A DNA stretch of 54,921 nt, taken from Octopus bimaculoides (taxonomy: Eukaryota). The position numbers were made by a program, and so were the translations under genes. Position 1 is the stretch's first letter, and every line of letters starts with the position of its first letter. Of this stretch, positions 50,988 through 54,921 are shown piece after piece. The DNA is taken from the NCBI RefSeq assembly GCF_001194135.2, contig NC_068996.1, positions 55,275,266 through 55,330,186 of the forward strand. The letters run 5' to 3'. The notes below the pieces were generated by a model. It was not told the origin of the DNA. It was given only the letters and a program-made list of their open reading frames with translations, and did not search any database.

Positions 50988-52602
50988 CTTACAGGAGCTG
51001 AAATAATAATTAAAAAATTTTTTCAAAACCATCAGTCATCTTGCCTTCAAGGTAAATTATTTTTTATTTCTCTTGTTCTTCAAAACATTGTACAGGAGAA
51101 AAAACAAAACAAAACCAGAAAGTAAAGAAAAGTAGAGAGACAGATGATTGATAAGAGAAAATGGCAAGGAAACAGTTTCACTGAAAACAGTATTAATATT
51201 TAACACATATCCAAGCCTGCTTAAACAAATGTTGTGTAAAGTTCCTGCTTTTAGGAAATGTAGCTGGGTGGAGAGTGGTGTTAGGTAGACATTCCTTCAA
51301 AAGGAACAAATGAAAACAGTTTCTATAGAATTATTGGGTTATTAGTGTAAGTTGCAATACTGAGGGTGTGTGTGTATATATGTGTGTGTGTGTGTGTGTG
51401 CATATATATATATATATATAAATAAATACACACAAACTAATATCTACTTGAAATATGAATATATTGGAATCAAAGTTCCTAAATTTTTGCTGTGGAAGTG
51501 TGCAGAAATTTTCTTTGAAGAAATTCTGTCTTTCTTTGCAAAGTATCCATATATCCATGCAAGTAAGTAACCATTAAAAAAAAATCTTCTTGAAAACCTT
51601 GTATATGCATATGTTCTTCCTTTGTGCACAGACAAACAAGCATACAGCTTAAACAGGAAGATCAAGAATCGGAATACACCCTGAACCCTTTAGTATATCA
51701 TTCAACCATGGTAGTTGTTGAATATATTCTTAAGTCCACCATTTTGTCAATCGTAGCAGCTTCCAAGCTTCACCGCTAATTCAGTTCTCAACTAAATTGC
51801 AAACTGTTAACAGTTTTAAAGAGGACACCTCCTCAGCTACACTTTGGCATAAATAGTTTGAGATTTGGTTCAGTAGAAAAAAAGTTACACCAAAATATCT
51901 GCAACCTCAAGGGGAGCAGTAAAGCACCTATTCACCTTAAATTGACATAAACTTTCTAATTTTAAAATAAAAGTATACTTTTCTTAGGCTTAAATGATAG
52001 AAAACTGCATGAAGAATTCAGAATTGTTAGTCGCATTGAACAAAAATTAGTAGAAAAAATGTTATGGGGTAAAATGCCACAAAATTTTATGTCAGTAAGT
52101 AAGGAAGTAAGAAGTAATGCTTAAGCAATAAGAATAAAGAATATATTGCTAAAATGAATGTTTATATTCTTAGGCGGTGAGTTGGCAGAAACATTAGCAT
52201 GGCTTGCGAAATGCTTAGCGGTATTTCACCTGTGTTTACATTTTGAGTTCAAATTCCACTGTGGTCGACTTTGCCTTTCATCCATTTCAGATCTATTTAA
52301 ATTGACGTACAGATTATTTAGTTAATTTTTTTTTTAACTAGACACTTTGAAACTTCTGATACTGATACAACGTAAAATGTGTGGTTGTGTCAATGAATAT
52401 GTGTCTATGAATATGTATGTGTTTTTATATGACTAACATATGTCTTCTATGCTGCAATCATTTTAGTTTCAACACATGGTCTTAGATCGAATCACTTGCC
52501 TATATATAAATGCTGAGGTGTGTATGGGGGCGGGGGAATATCAAAACCCCCTCCCTCTCATTTGTGGCAAGGGAAACACAATGGAGGAAGAGCCAACTTT
52601 TA

Positions 52603-53694
52603 TATTGTGTTGAGTCAAGAGGTTTGCAATGTTTTGGTAACTCGTTTGCTTTATTCGTCAAGTTACAATGGAAGCGGCCTGGCATTCGGAGTGGTGGCCG
52701 TCGTGTTGCATTGTCTGCAGCCACTTTTCTGCCAGTTCTTTGATCCCAAACTGATTCCAGTTCTTGTCTCTTGGGGCAAAGTGCTCCTTTACTTAAGCTT
52801 CCACTTCCTCTTGGTTGATGAAGTGTTGCAGGTGTGGGAGGTGAGCTATGGATTGGAGGAAGTAATAATCCAAGGGAGATATTTTTCTGCAATTCCAACA
52901 TGCAGAAGCAGTGGTTAAGCAAGGGCCAGCTTTTGGAACCTGTTGCCAAACACAAACATCTGGAATTATGATGGGGTAACTCACTACAAACACTTTCTGG
53001 ACAGTCAAACTATCGATGCCAACCTGTACTCTGAACAGCTGGATGAGATGTATGCCATTGTGTGCCAAAAATATCCAGCATTGGTTAACAGAAAGCAAGC
53101 TCTTATCCATCAAGACAGCTCAAGACCACATGCTGCTCAAACAACCCAGAATAAACTCCAGGAACTTGAGGGAATCAAAGTGATACCACACCCAGCGTAA
53201 AGTTTGGACCTAGCTCTCTTTCGGATTATTACTTGTTCCGATCCATGGCTACCTTCCTGNNNNNNNNNNNNNNNNNNNNNNNNNNNNNNNNNNNNNNNNN
53301 NNNNNNNNNNNNNNNNNNNNNNNNNNNNNNNNNNNNNNNNNNNNNNNNNNNNNNNNNNNNNNNNNNNNNNNNNNNNNNNNNNNNNNNNNNNNNNNNNNNN
53401 NNNNNNNNNNNNNNNNNNNNNNNNNNNNNNNNNNNNNNNNNNNNNNNNNNNNNNNNNNNNNNNNNNNNNNNNNNNNNNNNNNNNNNNNNNNTGGAAGCTT
53501 CAGTGAAGGAATTCTTCCCTTCAGAAAACAAGAACTGGTGTCAGCTTGGGATCCAAGAACTGGCAGAAAGGTGGCTTCAGACGGTGCAACACAATGGCCT
53601 CTACTTTGAGTGCTGGGCTGCTTTTGTTGTGACTTGACGAACAAGGCAGGTAGATTGCCAAAGTATTGTGAAGCTTTTGACTCAACTCAACACT
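52603..53694. mobile_element. Mariner transposase C-terminal remnants in inverted orientation (one fold-back element or two adjacent copies)
   Basis: Plus: TIDANLYSEQLD...HQDSSRPH...PHPA*SLDLA..SDYYLFRSM...GIQELAERW. Minus (about 52640-52900): LDYYFLQSIAH...EEVEA*VKEHF...GIKELAEKWLQ. Both continue into related ends ...ttgactcaac. Confidence 0.85.
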
Positions 53695-54877
53695 CAGGAT
53701 ATGCTCAACCATCTTGCTAATATGTGGGGAAAAGAAACCCTACATTGAAAGTCCAGATAGATCTATGGGTGTACGGAGTTTTTCAATATGATTCCTTCCT
53801 CAGCACCTCTTACTGCAGCTGACATAGGGTCCACACTTTTCTAACAGGCTCCACTTGATATTACATTGTTCAGCATTTTCTTTCAATACTCACACATCTC
53901 TCATCAATGTTGTGATCCTATGTTTTTCTTGGATATTAAACAAGGACTTGTGTCACATACAACAGGGTTTACTCTCAACATTTTTGACAAAATTTTGTAT
54001 TTTAGAAGTTATTTCGTCACAAGTTAGAGTGACAATGGACAAATTCGTGTTTGATAAGTGCTAATATACAAAACTCTCAGTTTTTGACTTATTCTCTAAC
54101 TTCTGCCAATGATATATATACATTTTATACTTATATGTGTAAAGAAATCTCATCACGCAATCAAACCAATGAAAGAGCCTCTACCTGGTCGCTCGACACA
54201 CTAAAAATAGCAGCCAATGTATACCCTTACCTAAATCACACGCCCATTGTACGTAATGGCCTACATTATCCCTAAAAAGACGGTTTGCTGAAAGCTGGAA
54301 TGTCTTTGATGATAGGTTTGCTGTTTCAGGGTTGATTTGAGGCTAAATAACAACATTATGGTAAATTACTATGTTAACACCTGCACGATTTTCACTAAGA
54401 AGAAGAAAAAAAAAAGTTTTTTTTGCATGGAATCAAGTACCCTGACCTTCTAATATGCTGCAAATCCCTTATTTTGCTTCAGAAAAATTGGGGGTGGGAC
54501 GAGGGGGTATCTGCCACACCCCCAACCCTGGAATCATTGGAAATTTTTTTCATTGAATGAATTCCTGTGATCTAATATGCTACAAACCCTTTGTGGATGG
54601 GTAATATCAAATAATTCAATCACAACATATATTTAAATTAAACATGAAAAAATTGAAATATTACCATCACTTACATGAAAAAAATTGAAATATTATCTTT
54701 CAGTATTTTATAAGGTAAAATCTTAAATTATTAATTGACACATTATTAATTATCTTATAACAGCAATGCCTGGAAAAATCATGGATTACATGGAAAAATG
54801 CAAGCTTGGCTAATTTACTACCTTAAATACAGAAAAAAGTGACTAATTAGACACTTACAAATTAGCTGAACAGTTTT

Positions 54878-54921
54878 CATCATCATCATCATCATCATCG
54901 TTTAACGTCCGCTTTCCATGC
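54878..54921 (-). mobile_element. Young RTE 3'-tail copy, cut by the window end
   Basis: (cat)n cgtttaacgtccgctttccatgc. Confidence 0.85.

Overview
Repeat-rich, AT-rich animal genomic DNA with about 10 assembly gaps. The repeat families resemble those of octopus genomes; this is an inference and the species cannot be proven here. Most of the window is intronic to a minus-strand gene that the ORF track largely misses. Seven GT-AG exons (26061-26166, 23226-23373, 18106-18179, 14046-14152, 13402-13509, 12713-12957, 4461-4561; 889 nt) splice in a continuous frame into a HEAT-repeat protein matching PP4 regulatory subunit 4 (PPP4R4/KIAA1622). Its first exons and C-terminal exons were not found in the window. 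The introns hold RTE-clade LINE fragments (ORF2 carries a PHD-type finger after the RT core, and many 5'-truncated tails end in (GAT)n), tRNA-derived SINEs, tRNA-Arg pseudogenes, hAT-, piggyBac- and Kolobok-like MITEs, a probable solo LTR split by a Helitron-like element, and microsatellites. The most unusual pattern is a concentration of fold-back structures: three Tc1/mariner derivatives whose two arms are inverted copies of the same transposon end, a 63-bp-arm hairpin MITE, a tail-to-tail LINE palindrome, and snap-back hairpins at two LINE 5' truncation points. No CRISPR array, rRNA gene or intact mobile ORF was found.
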